DNA of 36,662 nucleotides. Origin: Choristocarpus tenellus KU-1152 (lineage: Eukaryota > Protista > Phaeophyceae). Positions 1 to 11,800 of this stretch are shown here, in pieces. Below the pieces are notes generated by a model, which did no database searches, had not been told where the DNA came from, and saw only the letters and a program-made list of their open reading frames with translations. The stretch covers positions 1-36,662 of the forward strand of contig CAXNAD020000043.1 of the NCBI GenBank assembly GCA_964200185.2, read 5' to 3'. The translations under genes were made by a program, and so were the position numbers. How positions within the stretch are numbered: the first letter of the stretch is position 1; every line of letters starts with the position of its first letter.

Positions 1-16
1 CCAGATACTTTGACCC
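1..16. mobile_element. Right terminus (TIR) of a Sola2-like element inserted in the gypsy pol; element lies left of the window
   Basis: CCAGATACTTTGACCC is the reverse complement of GGGTCAAAGTATCTGG, matching the TIR at 36596 and the MITE TIR core. Confidence 0.7.
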
Positions 17-2220
17 CTGGCACATCCACAAAATGTCAGATGGCACAATAATAAAAATGTAGTGTAAGAGGGGGTCGAGGTTATTGACGTTTTAATTTTA
101 TCAAAAGTGGTATCATGGATTGATGTCCATGCTTTTCCTAGTTCACCAGAAGGATGCGCTAAGAATTCTTTGCCTGTGAATTTATGTAGGGGTTCTGTCA
201 AGTCTGCAAAGTGTGGGATAAACGTTCGACAAGAATCGCACATACGAAGGATAGAACGGATATATTTGATTGTTCGGGGTGTGGGTAGATCAACAATGGC
301 TTGAATACGAGCCTTTCCAAGACGTACCCCTGCACTAGAAACGGTATGACCAGGGTATTTTACTTCTGCTTGGCCAAACTTCAGTTTAGAAGTTTTTAAA
401 GCAAGGCCAGCGTTTTGAAGGGCAATAAGAAGCTTTTCAAGCAAAGAAGGTATACGATGTTCCCAAGTGGTAGAACAGAGAATAATGAGATAATCCAAAT
501 AACAAAGGCAGACCTGACTCCGTTTCAAAATCAGATAGAGCTCGAGTCATCATGCGTTGAAAAATATAAGGGACATTGCTAAGACCAAAAGGAAGCCGTT
601 TCCATACAAACTTGCCTTTATGAGTGACAAAACCAGTCTTGTCAATATCTGCTTCTGCAACAGGAATTTGATGATATGTTGATTGCACATCTGCAACAGA
701 AAGAATCTTTGCTGCACCAATAGGATCGAGACGTTCTTCAGCTAACGGCATGGACCAAGAACGTTTGATGGGGTTCTTATTTATGGTCCTTCGATAATCA
801 ATGCAGAATCTTGGGGTCCCATCTGCTTTGGCTACAATAGTAACAGGGGATCCCCTTGGTTTTCTAGATCTTCAACACATTTATCAATAATACTCTGACA
901 TATGGACTGGTTCGATACCATGCCTGATTAATAGGTCTAGTACGTGGTTTGAGAGGAAAATCTACTTCAGAAATTGTGCCAGTTCCCAATTCGGAGGTAT
1001 CGAGGGAAAATACTGAACGGAATCTGCCACAAGGATCCAGTGTTTCGTGGTTTGAGGTGAAGCGAAAGTTGTGTGGATGAATGTGGGTTTAAGCGTTTTA
1101 GCAAGACAAGTTCGTTCAGATAGTGGTAGAGATATTGAAGATACAATACAAATGTGAGAGAGTCTGGTGTTGACTATATCTACTGGGGAGATGTGACCAA
1201 GTAGAGTATCCTTGGTAATTGAACTGGTTGTGCAGACATATTTGCAATTTGTACTAATCCTGAACCATCATCAGTATCCCAAGTTAACTGTTCGAGCAAT
1301 AGCAACAAATTGCCAAGGATCATTGAGATTGAGTGGATCAATATGATGAAATGAACAGATGCATGGTTCTAAAACAGCATCACAAGTATCTGATGGAGTT
1401 TCATCACTTATAGCAGGTACAAGACTTTCTGATTTTGGGGAAAGGAATCTTCTCGTTGAGGCGAAATGGGACAGATTGAACCTTTGCTTGTTTGAAAAGG
1501 AGACGATGAACTAACAGAAGAAGGGGTAATACGATGTACGGCAGGTATAAAAATGTTACTTTTTTGGAATGATAACATTTGAGTCTGCCAATCATATGTT
1601 GCTCCAAAAGCATCAAGAACACTGTTAACGAGAAGAACATAATCAGGTCCTAAGGTGGGCAACACCAAAGGTTCAACTGGGATAGTGATATCACCTAATT
1701 GAAGAGAAAACCTGATAAACCTCATGATGGTCAGAGCACTGCCATCTGCAGAAGAAAGGTTGATTGCACTAAAGTTTGGAGGCTGACACCACACGCAATC
1801 ATGATTTTTGTACTTCTTCTGCTTGCATTGTGGGTTCACAAATATCACGGTTAGTCAGACATTCCTATGCACAATGCTTTACTCCAAGATGTTGGCTGTG
1901 TGAAGGGGGCGTTGAAGGAGCTCGATTGTTGGCTGAGTGACCAATGACATGTCTACTGAGGTTACGGACTTCACGTTCAAGTCGTTTATTTGTAGCTTGA
2001 AGCGCCGCAATCTTTGCTAGGGAAACGCAGTATTTTTCATATCCCTCGTTTCTGTCAAAATCCGAATAAGGTCCATGTTTGGAGGACGTTTTCCCTCGAC
2101 AGCTGCCTTCAGCTCGGAGTTGATGAGATTGATGCACAGGTCACCATTTGACGATGTTGACAATGGCACTGGTGGTGTTTTCGGTGGCACTGGTGGTGTT
2201 GACAAAGGCATCTGTAAAGA
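17..2220 (-). mobile_element. Decayed Ty3/gypsy LTR retrotransposon internal region (gag-like remnant, protease C-half, RT)
   Basis: Minus-strand frames give PVTIVAKADGTPRFCIDYR, YHQIPV...KTGFVTHKGKFVWKRLPFGLSN, catalytic YLDD decayed to YLDY (490-501), KLKFGQAEVKYPGH; a retropepsin-like tail (SADGS...VLLVNSVLDAFGATYDW) at ~1560-1760; frameshifts and stops; no LTR identified. Confidence 0.9.
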
Positions 2221-2229
2221 TGTCTGAGA

Positions 2230-2660
2230 AAGATTTACAGTCTGGGTAATATATGTATAATACGCTGGAGCATCACCAAACTTTTCTTATGTTCATATTT
2301 CTCGTTGTGAACCAGTACAACAAGCGGTAGTGGACATGGTCTGGACATGCAAGGAAAAATTTGATTGGCAGACTGCAATGGTTCAACCATTCAAGAAAAA
2401 TGTAGACTGCGGACTGGTCACGGACCACTACAACATCCCAATCAACATGGTCCGAAAATGTTAGAGAATATTTGACGCCATCCAGCCAACGGACAGGGAC
2501 TGGTACAATACCCAGCCGAAAAAGTCTGGACTTCATAGGGAATGTTTGACCAGGTCCGTTCGGTGGACATGGACCAGTTCAACACCTAGTAGATGGACCA
2601 GAAAATGTTAAATGATTCTTGGACCGGTCTGGTCAATAGACAAAACCCTTTGCAATAAAA
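2230..2660. repeat. Dispersed repeat built of GGACATGGAC/GGACCAG-type submotifs, related to 13250-13460
   Basis: Shares GTACAATACCCAG (2503-2515) and CGGACA.GGACTGG with the reverse complement of 13271-13390. Confidence 0.55.
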
Positions 2661-2835
2661 AGTACGAAGATTATGAAACATGATCTGTTAGAACTGGTTG
2701 TGTGTAGGTAGAGGTGTAGAGGTGTACCTAATCCTACCACTACTTCAACTGTTGGTTGTTCCCCCAACCTTCGTTCCTGGGTTTCTTGACACAGTTGATA
2801 TTCACGTCAGAGCTTGGTCTCATCATTCGCGAAGG

Positions 2836-2874
2836 ATGTCAGCGGCGAGTTTGTTGGGAATCAAGGACACGAAT
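2836..2874 (+). CDS. SBNO: SBNO exon 1 (tentative): [13 protein letters not shown]
   Basis: ATG at 2836 and phase-0 GT donor (AAT|GTAGAG) compatible with exon 2. No homology support; exon 2 has no in-frame ATG of its own, so some upstream exon is required. Confidence 0.4.
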
Positions 2875-5800
2875 GTAGAGTTCTCCTTTGCGATTTTTCA
2901 AATTGTCCTCATCTTGTTTAATCTTTCTACGCAATGTATGTCAGGGAGAGATGCAACTTCCAACGCAGCTTATCAATTATGATATGCAGGTTATAAATCA
3001 AGGTGTAGTCGTGAGGAACTCGAAATGATTCTTTGTAATGTCGCTTATCTCCTGTACTGGCATGGACCTATGTATTAGGAGGGGCAAGGGGCCACAGTGT
3101 CCGAGAATGCCGATGGAGAAGATGGGGAATTTGTGGATGCTGGGGATATCTTTTACAAGGACTATGTCCCATCCAAGGTCAAGGTGAGCCGACCCTAATT
3201 CTACACTATGTACTAACCCTATGATACTTCCTAGAAGTCAAGCCAGGGTCACCCTGAGCTCCAGGTTGAAAAAGTGTTCAGTTGTTGATGCTATTCAGAA
3301 CGGTGCTAACCACGGGAAACCCAATGGATCACAACAGTTGCTGTACTTATCCTCTCAGCAGGTTGCCTTGTGGGTTCGTACAATCTCTTGATATGTCCAC
3401 AGTATGTGCTACAGATCTGAGTGATGAGGTCGTAGTTGGACTTTCTGGACAACCAGTATAGACCTCCGCGTGCACGATATTGATATGCTATGCAACAGCG
3501 TTTACCTTGAAAAACTGGCTATGATTATGCTAATAATGTTTCGTGAAAGTATGCATTCGGTTGGAAATTGCGTCCTGCTATTATTTGAATGAGAAGATTG
3601 CTTTGAAGAAGGTACATATCCGAACAAATATGTCACCTCCACTTATTCACTACTGCTTCCTATAGGGTCTTGCCTGCCGCATTGCAACATAAACTGCTGT
3701 ATATCAAACTGTTGCAAATCCAGCTATTTTCTGGTTTGTTTGGAGTCTTCACTTCTGTATCTCAATGATGACCTGTCTCTGAGATTGCTCGGTTGTACTC
3801 GTGGCCTTGGTGTTCAACCCACTAACATGTTTGATATTGTAATTTACGCAGGTTGTCGTCAATACAGTTTTGAGTTTGCTTTGAGATGTAGAGCTAGGGT
3901 GAAATTTTGCTTGTGAACTAGTCAGAAGTTTATTGCTATACTAACTTGTTTTGTTTCCTTCAGGAAGGGACACCTCATCCAGACCCTGTGGTAGAAAATG
4001 CAACATTCTCTGGCGTACAACCCCCAGAAGTGACCTATAAACACCATCTACCTCCAGATTGTGTTGAGAATCTGTCTAATGTTCAGGTGTGAAACGGTTT
4101 CAGGTGGTTTTGAATGATTGTGTGTTAGGATGGAACTAGAGTAATGAGTGGGGTGAGGTAGGAACGATGTAATGAGGTGAGGGCCAATGAGGATGCACAT
4201 TGAGTGTAACACACAGCGCATTATTGGGGTCTATTTTTCCATTGGTCAGTAATGATATTGGGATGGTGAGCAAAACAAAACATCTTCAGTGAAAAATTAT
4301 TTTGCCAGTACATAGTGAAATCTGACTTTCACGTACATATTGCTCTCCGTGTGTTTTATTCTTCTGTGCAATGGTCCTGCCCTAATGGCAGAGATGATTT
4401 CTTTGAACTTCATTATATTTTTCTGGTGCAGTTTTGTGTTTTGGCCACTTGAGCTTTGATTCGTGATTTATAGTCAATCAGCTGGGTAATAAGTCATTGA
4501 ACTCTTTCAACTGCTCAACAACCATGAACAAATTTGTACAAAACCCAACATCAGTTGATTATATAACTCAAATCGAAATATGTTCCTGCTGAACCAACCT
4601 GCTGTCACTGCTTTGGATTGCAACTTTATTATGAACAAATCACACATAAATCATGTGAGCATTGTATCATTTTGGACAAGCCAATCGTACATTGTTGGAG
4701 TGCAAGTTTTAGCTCTAACACTGATCCTAGCCCTAATCCCTAGCCTAACCCTAACCTTAACCCTATTTCTATAATCCATTTGCTTCATCAAACATTAGAT
4801 GGAGAGTGTCATCTATGCTGGTCAAAAGTTTGAGGAACCGTTTTTGGGCAGTTCTGAACGACGAGGTGAATGATAACCACAAGTGTATATCAAGGCTGTA
4901 TCAAATGAAGTCACAAATGGCTACCACCAAGACCTGTTGTCAAGTTATAGGGCTGTACTTCCATCAATTTGTGACTGAGGAAAAGTGTGAGAATTATGTG
5001 ATGCTGTTCCTAATATGCAGCCTATGTGGATAAGGAGGTAGACCCTTGGATCAACATATTTCTATACATACAAATTCTTCCCCCTTTGTGATGAGGGATA
5101 AATGCTGTGTGCCTTGCAAAAACCAGGACATTGTGGTATGCAGTAAATATTTTGAATGTGCTTATTATATTTCATTGATGTCAGTGTTGAGCATATGGTG
5201 GAGAGGTTGTGGAGTTGAATGCTATGGGGCAAGTTCATAGTGCTACAGACTGGAATTGAGAAGTTTCTGGATTCTGCAGAGTGTTACAGAGGATGTAGAA
5301 ACAGTGTGGCACTAGAAGAGTATAGTACTCGCTGATTTGATGAAGAGTATAGTTCTGATATTGTACCGAGGCACACACTTGAAGAGTTTGAAGTTTGCCA
5401 TGTTTAAATATTGTGGATCGCTAAACATCAGGATAGAAAGACAAGTATAATCAGTACGTTGACGAAGTCGTTGTGACTCTTTTGGCCTACAATGCAATAA
5501 GCAATTAGCTTCAGCCACTTTCTGCTGTGTTGACATGATGTTGACTAAATCTGTTGTGGCATTTCTCGTGAAGTTGCTACAGACCTGAGTTGGAGATAGA
5601 CCAGATGAGCAATTTTATCGTTCTAAATTAAAACCTGATGAGTAAAGCCATCTTAGAGGGTGGGTCGATCTTGGCCCCCCGAGTTTCAAACTCCTTTTGA
5701 ACTTTGCACAGTAATCATCATTCCCATGCCTGAAATGCAGTTAAGACCCCTTTCGATGGTGTGGCAGTAGAAGAAAATTAAATATGAGTACATTGTTAGC

Positions 5801-8800
5801 CAAAGAGCCCTCCACAATTCTCGTAACACATGTGCCACAAAACACTCATAGGGGCTCTTAAACACAATGATCCTCCCTCCTTAGATGGTACCACTTGACA
5901 CTTTATCCCAACAGTGTGAACTTCATTCTTCACTGGGTTTGTGAGGCACAATGTTATGTGAACAGAGTTTGAGGTGTGAACATTACACATCATTATCTGG
6001 TGCCAGTATATTGTTAATTGCCATTGAGCTCTTGCTGCCTTGTATGATGTATTTTGAGTAGGTTCAACAAGGCACAAAGCTTGTAGGCAATGAATTGAGT
6101 ACAGTATCAATGTATATATCAACAGTATCAATGTATATATCAACAGTATCAATGTTGCGGTTCCACCTGTGCAACATAACATGTGTTGTGTAGCTACAAT
6201 GCTGGCCATCGGTGATGACCCTGACCTCATCCTGGCAGGTTTTATTCTTGGTGATGGAGCAGGGGTGGGCAAAGGGCGTCAGCTTGCAGCTATGATCTAT
6301 GATGCTTGGAGGCAAGGGCACAAGAAGCATGTGTGGTTGAGCATTTCTGCTGACCTGGAGCATGATGCCAGAAGGGACATTAGGTTGGTGTACTTAGGTC
6401 TGTTGCATTCGTTGAGTAGGCACACTGCATTGCAGAATCCCCTTTGAACTGAGGTGTTTCATTCTTCGATTAATTTTTTTTATTTGAAGTGGAAGATCTA
6501 CAGGGCGAAATGGTGGTCTTGTACTTGGTCTGGTACAGTACTCCTCTTGTAACCGTCTCACATTAGAACTAATTCACAGGTATGATACATCCCTTCAAAT
6601 GTGGATTCATGCCATTTCAAGAAAATTCCCGACCCCTGATTAATATGTTGTCTAGGATTTGTACATTTGGAATTTAGTGCTAGTATGTGTAGTCTAACTC
6701 TAACTCTAAAGGTTCGCACAATTGTGAGTGCGCTTTCTTACTGTTCCTTCTTGTTTTGACATGTCCTTTGAGTAAGTTGTATGAGGATGAATGGTGACGT
6801 TTGGAAGGCTTCATTAGTATTGCTTGTGGGTGTGAACTTTAATGATAATACTTTTTTTGCTGAGGTCATGCTGTGCGTGCCATGTGCTCTTGTATTGCTT
6901 AACAAGCTGGTTCATTGGAGCTAAGACATTACTCTGTGATTTTTGTGTGTGTGTTTTGAAGAGCTTCAAGGTCGATTTTGAACTAAAATTATTGTGACTT
7001 TTTAGGGATTGCCAAGCATTTTGCTTGCTAGATAGGTTTTGGAACTTGAATCACAAGTGGACTCCTCACATTGTCATTTGTGCAACACATAAGCACAACC
7101 CTGGTACACATTCCGTAGGGGCTGAGGTGCAGAACACTCTCCACCAAAGGTCATGATTACCGTGTAAACTGTGTAAGATATTCGTGCTATTTTGCAAGGC
7201 TTGGTACATCTAGTAGAACGTTTCAGAATTTCTACACATGTGATTGTGGGTAAGGGGTAGTGAGAATGTTGGGGTTAGGGCAGCCTAGATTTTGAATACT
7301 ACACAGGGAAAGAACTATATCTAAAAATCGGTGTCTGCCGATTTTGAGGACAAGTTTGAGATTCCTATCAAGGTTATTTTGGAGGATTGGTGGATCGATA
7401 TGATATTACAATACATATCGCCAATACACGTATATTCTGATTATGGTATAATGCAATATCTCACACCGTCATCCTTTTCTTCAGTCATGGCATTCTGCTG
7501 ACTCCATCAATTCTATATTTACATCCCTGATACCACAACATTGCAGGATTACTACCTATTACATGATACAGGTAGGGACAGGGTGATTTTCATTCATGGT
7601 ACACTGACAAACTATCTCGCACTTACCACCAAGAATACAGGGAGAATGCATTTTAGAAGATTGTAATAACCTAGACACCAGCATATTTTAAAGTGCATAC
7701 ATGTCCTCTTGAATATAATATGTAGAGTCATCAACAATCTATGTTGCTGCACACAAGTGGTATCTATTTCCCACTGCTGCAAACAAGAGAGCAATTTGTA
7801 ATGCAGGTATCCTGCCTGCATTGGGCCTTTGTCCTGACTGCAGCTTGATTCTAGCCATGTGTCTGGTGGGTCTAAATGAGGTGTTGAACTTGATTCCAGG
7901 TAGAGATACTTTGGTCGAAATTGGGCACCCTTCAGGCAGTTACTTTATGCTTTCAGTTGTGAACCGGACAATTGAAATTGAACATGCATCTACAGATATC
8001 GCATTCAGGTTTGGAATGGGGATCAGACCTAGTGAGCAGATTTTTCATGCACCTAAAGAATCTTTGTCTTTCTTAACTTGGACATCAACTGCTATGTTGG
8101 TGGAGGTGGTTCTTCCTTTGCATTTTTTCTATTACTCTGTCCGATGTAGTAGTCAATTCCAGTAATTTTTTTGGTGGGATGCTGACTACACCGGAGGATT
8201 ACTGAATTTTGATGACCAAACTTCTTGGGTTGATGGAGTGGTATATTTATGTTCAACGATATCTGAGATTTCTGGAATAGTTTTGTATATCATACTACAC
8301 CAACAATTAAACCATAGCCCTCTTTATGTAAAGTTGCTAGTCCAATATGCCGCCACCCTAGGAGCTGTGTAGCAGCAGAGGATGATGAATCTTGTTGCTG
8401 GTGTACAGTTATGTCATTTGCCCTGAAGTTGTACCTTTTACCTGTACTGTTCCTAGTGAGATTTTGATATAAGTTTCTCACCATTGTACTTGTGTGTATA
8501 TTTAAGGAAAATGTTTATTGTAGGCATAATATGCCTTTAAACAAGGCCGCACCTTACCACCCCTCCCCCTGTCTACTGTCTCTGAAAACAGTGATATTGG
8601 GGTCAAGGAAATGAAGACTTTCAACATCTCCAATCTCGCTTACAGCAATCTTGACAAGAACTTGGAGGGCGTCATGTTCTGCACATATCACAGCCTAATC
8701 ATGTCCACACACTCCAATGTAGGCAATGTAACAAATGTAATGTAGGCAATGTAGGCAATGTAGGCAATGTAGGCAATGTCACAAATGTAATGTAGGCAAT

Positions 8801-11800
8801 GTAGGCAAAGCACAGGGCGTAAGTAACTCTGTACATGTTGGAATTGATGAGTACCAGGACTTGAATGTTGCTGCATCGAATATTTCCATGAAATGAAAAG
8901 GCAAGAAATTGAGTTCTATGAGCTAGATGGGGTTTCCCAATATCAATCACCTATTGACAATCCATGGTGTTAACGTCACATCATACCCACCAATAAGAGC
9001 AAAAATATTATGGAGCACTTGTGACCTAATGTCCCATTAGAACATTGTTATATTCAACTTTTGACTCATGCTAATACCCTGGCACTCTGAGCACTTCAAT
9101 CACGTGCATACCTCATTTATTACCTTCGACACGTTCTTATTCCATGCAAGAGCTTAAACATATTCTTGGTTATATGTATTTGGTTAAGATTTAGTGTTGG
9201 GGGAATGAGGACTATTCTAACCAAAGCACCCTGCATTCACACTGATGAACTGCAAGAAAAGAGAATGAGGTTGTTGAGACTCCTGTGTGGATGTTTTACA
9301 GCTTGGGCGGAGATTGGCATTTGTCAAACATTGAGATACCACTGAAAAGATCAGAGCTTGTGGGACCGAGTCCCAACTTCTTGGGGAGAGCACATAATTA
9401 GATGGGTGACAGCCCACGGTTTATGCTGGGTTAGCTCCCCAGCCTCTGATTTTGTCAATCATTGAGATATCACTGTTCCACCAGGGCAGATAGTCGAACT
9501 ATCTGCTTCGGTGGAATTGTGCTATCTCAATGTTTGACATCGTTGGGAAATAGGATATAATTATGCTATCTTATTGATAGGTGTGATTAGGATGCAGTAC
9601 GTTTTTATGGGTGTTGGCCACAAGTGAGCAGATGCTCAAAGATAAGCTCAGTTTCTTCAGTGTACTAATACTATTGGTGTTCTAACCTGAAAAGGAGCAG
9701 TGAACACTCTAATAGATGGGGGACTGGTGCAGCATCTCTATATGTTTGGTTCCAACTTTTTTTTGTGCTTGTTGTCATCAGTTTGTTGTAGATGCCTCTC
9801 CACTGATCTTCAGTTGCCTTTCCACATACCCTTAGTACCATTCTGTTGCCTTGTATATGGTCGCACAAGTGTGATTCAAGCACCATTTTTGGCAATGAAT
9901 TTTTGGCTGATGCATGCAAGGGTCAAGCCTCTCACTATCTTACTACCACTGCACGGTAGTTTTGGTTCATTTACAGGAGTGAAACATGCACAAAGGATTT
10001 CTCCCTAGCCCTATACCGAACTTCTCGAAATTTGTATTCATACCCATACCCGAAGTTTATTTAATACCTATGCATTCATCTTTTTGGAATTGGAAATGAC
10101 AAGAAGCAAAGTTCACTCTATTATATTTCTACCCCACTATGGAGTTGACACTTGCATGAAGCCATCTATGGATATTGAGTTAGGGTTAGGGTTAGAGTAA
10201 GGGTTGGGGTTAGGGATATAGATTAGGGCATTGAATTGATATAACTTGAATTAGCTCCAACCTCCCACACCACATGAGTGCGTTCGAGAGTCACCAACCG
10301 AGATGTAATGACTACTTTCCAACCATATTGTGCAATTTTTTTGCTTTGTGAGTGTGTGTAGTAAGAGTTCCAACAGTTGCATGTGTAGAGATGTGTGTGT
10401 GCGCGCGCAAGTAGATGCTAGTGTGACTGTAACATTAATTTTCTCCTCAGTTGATGTGTGTCCAATTGATGCCGGGAACTTTCCAAATGGGCAGGGCAAG
10501 AATACCGTTACCAGACGTCTCGATCAGCTGGTGGAATGGCTTGGGGGAGAAGACTGCACAGGATGCATTGTCTTCGATGAGGGGCATAAGGTGATTATTC
10601 TATGAGATTCCAAATTATCTGGTAAACACCATCCATGGCTGTGGCATTATTTTAGATGCCACACACAATAAACTATGCTCTAACCCTAATACTAGGCCTA
10701 GGACTATTGTTTTGGCCTTCTAAACCCTTGATGCATGAGTAGGGCATAAACATGTCTACAGATTCAGAGTACAATAATCTTATCCACTGAGACTTTCTCA
10801 TAGCTCATGCTGTTATCTATTCATCTTCAATGAGTCATTTATGTGCTTCCTGGGTATCATTCCTCCCAGCTGTTCATTTGGACTACATCAACTAGTTGCT
10901 TGCACTCTAAGGGTTAGCTGGTTATGGCCTTGTGGTGACCAACATTTGACCCACAGGCGAAGAACCTCTATCACCACCAACAGCCCTCGAAGATGGGACT
11001 CAGGGTCAAGCAACTGCAGGAAATGTGTCCAAATGCACGGGTGGTCTACTGCTCAGCCACTCCCTGTTCTGAACCCAGGAACATGGCATATATGACCAGG
11101 TGCTTGTCTCCCAAATTGAATCATTGTCAGCAATTAAGCTGGTTATATCTAAAGGTCTTGCTGTTTGAAGTGACTCTTGATGCAGTGCTTGTAATTCACA
11201 CTAATTATATACCTAGGTATCGGCCCTCACTGTCACAGCACAATGAGATATGCCATACCATGATAATTGCTTTTGGCTTATCATACTATCTGATATGGAA
11301 AGGTCAGTTGCTTCAACTACATTTTTTTTACTGACCTGTTCAGCCATACTCACAGCTGATCCTGCCTAGTACATTGGTCATGGTTACAACATACTACTAG
11401 TGCCAGTAATATGCTGTACCACAGAAACTCAGGAACACAAGAATTAATGTAGGTATTGATGTAAGCAAGAGCATTGATAAATAACTTCCTTTCTACCGTT
11501 TTTCTTCTTGTTGAATACCAGGGTGGGATTGTGGGGTCCTGGCACCAACTATGAGGACTTTCAGAGGTTCCTCTCCTCAGTTGATAACAGGCAAGCTAAA
11601 CTATTGTACTGTACTATACTCGAGAACTTGACTCATCTCGCTTTGACATGTACACCTCACGCACTGACAGCTTGACTGACAAAATGTAATGTGCTGTCTG
11701 GGTACATTGAGGGTAAGCATTAACGTTAGAGTTGAAGGTTCAACAATAGACATGACAATTTTTTTCTGTATATAAATGGGTTCATAGTAGTCAACCTTTA

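Noticed and set aside
17-2220. Active retrotransposon or domesticated RT
   Set aside because: Catalytic YLDD is mutated to YLDY, there are multiple frameshifts, and the protease active site was not found.
5640-5765. TIR-like GAGTAAAGCCATCTTAGAGGGT
   Set aside because: Probably a distant relative, but the partner TIR and TSD cannot be established.
9340-9380. tRNA gene (T-arm-like TGGGACCGAGTCCCA)
   Set aside because: No acceptor stem, D-arm or intact GTTCRA; a SINE origin cannot be excluded but is unsupported.
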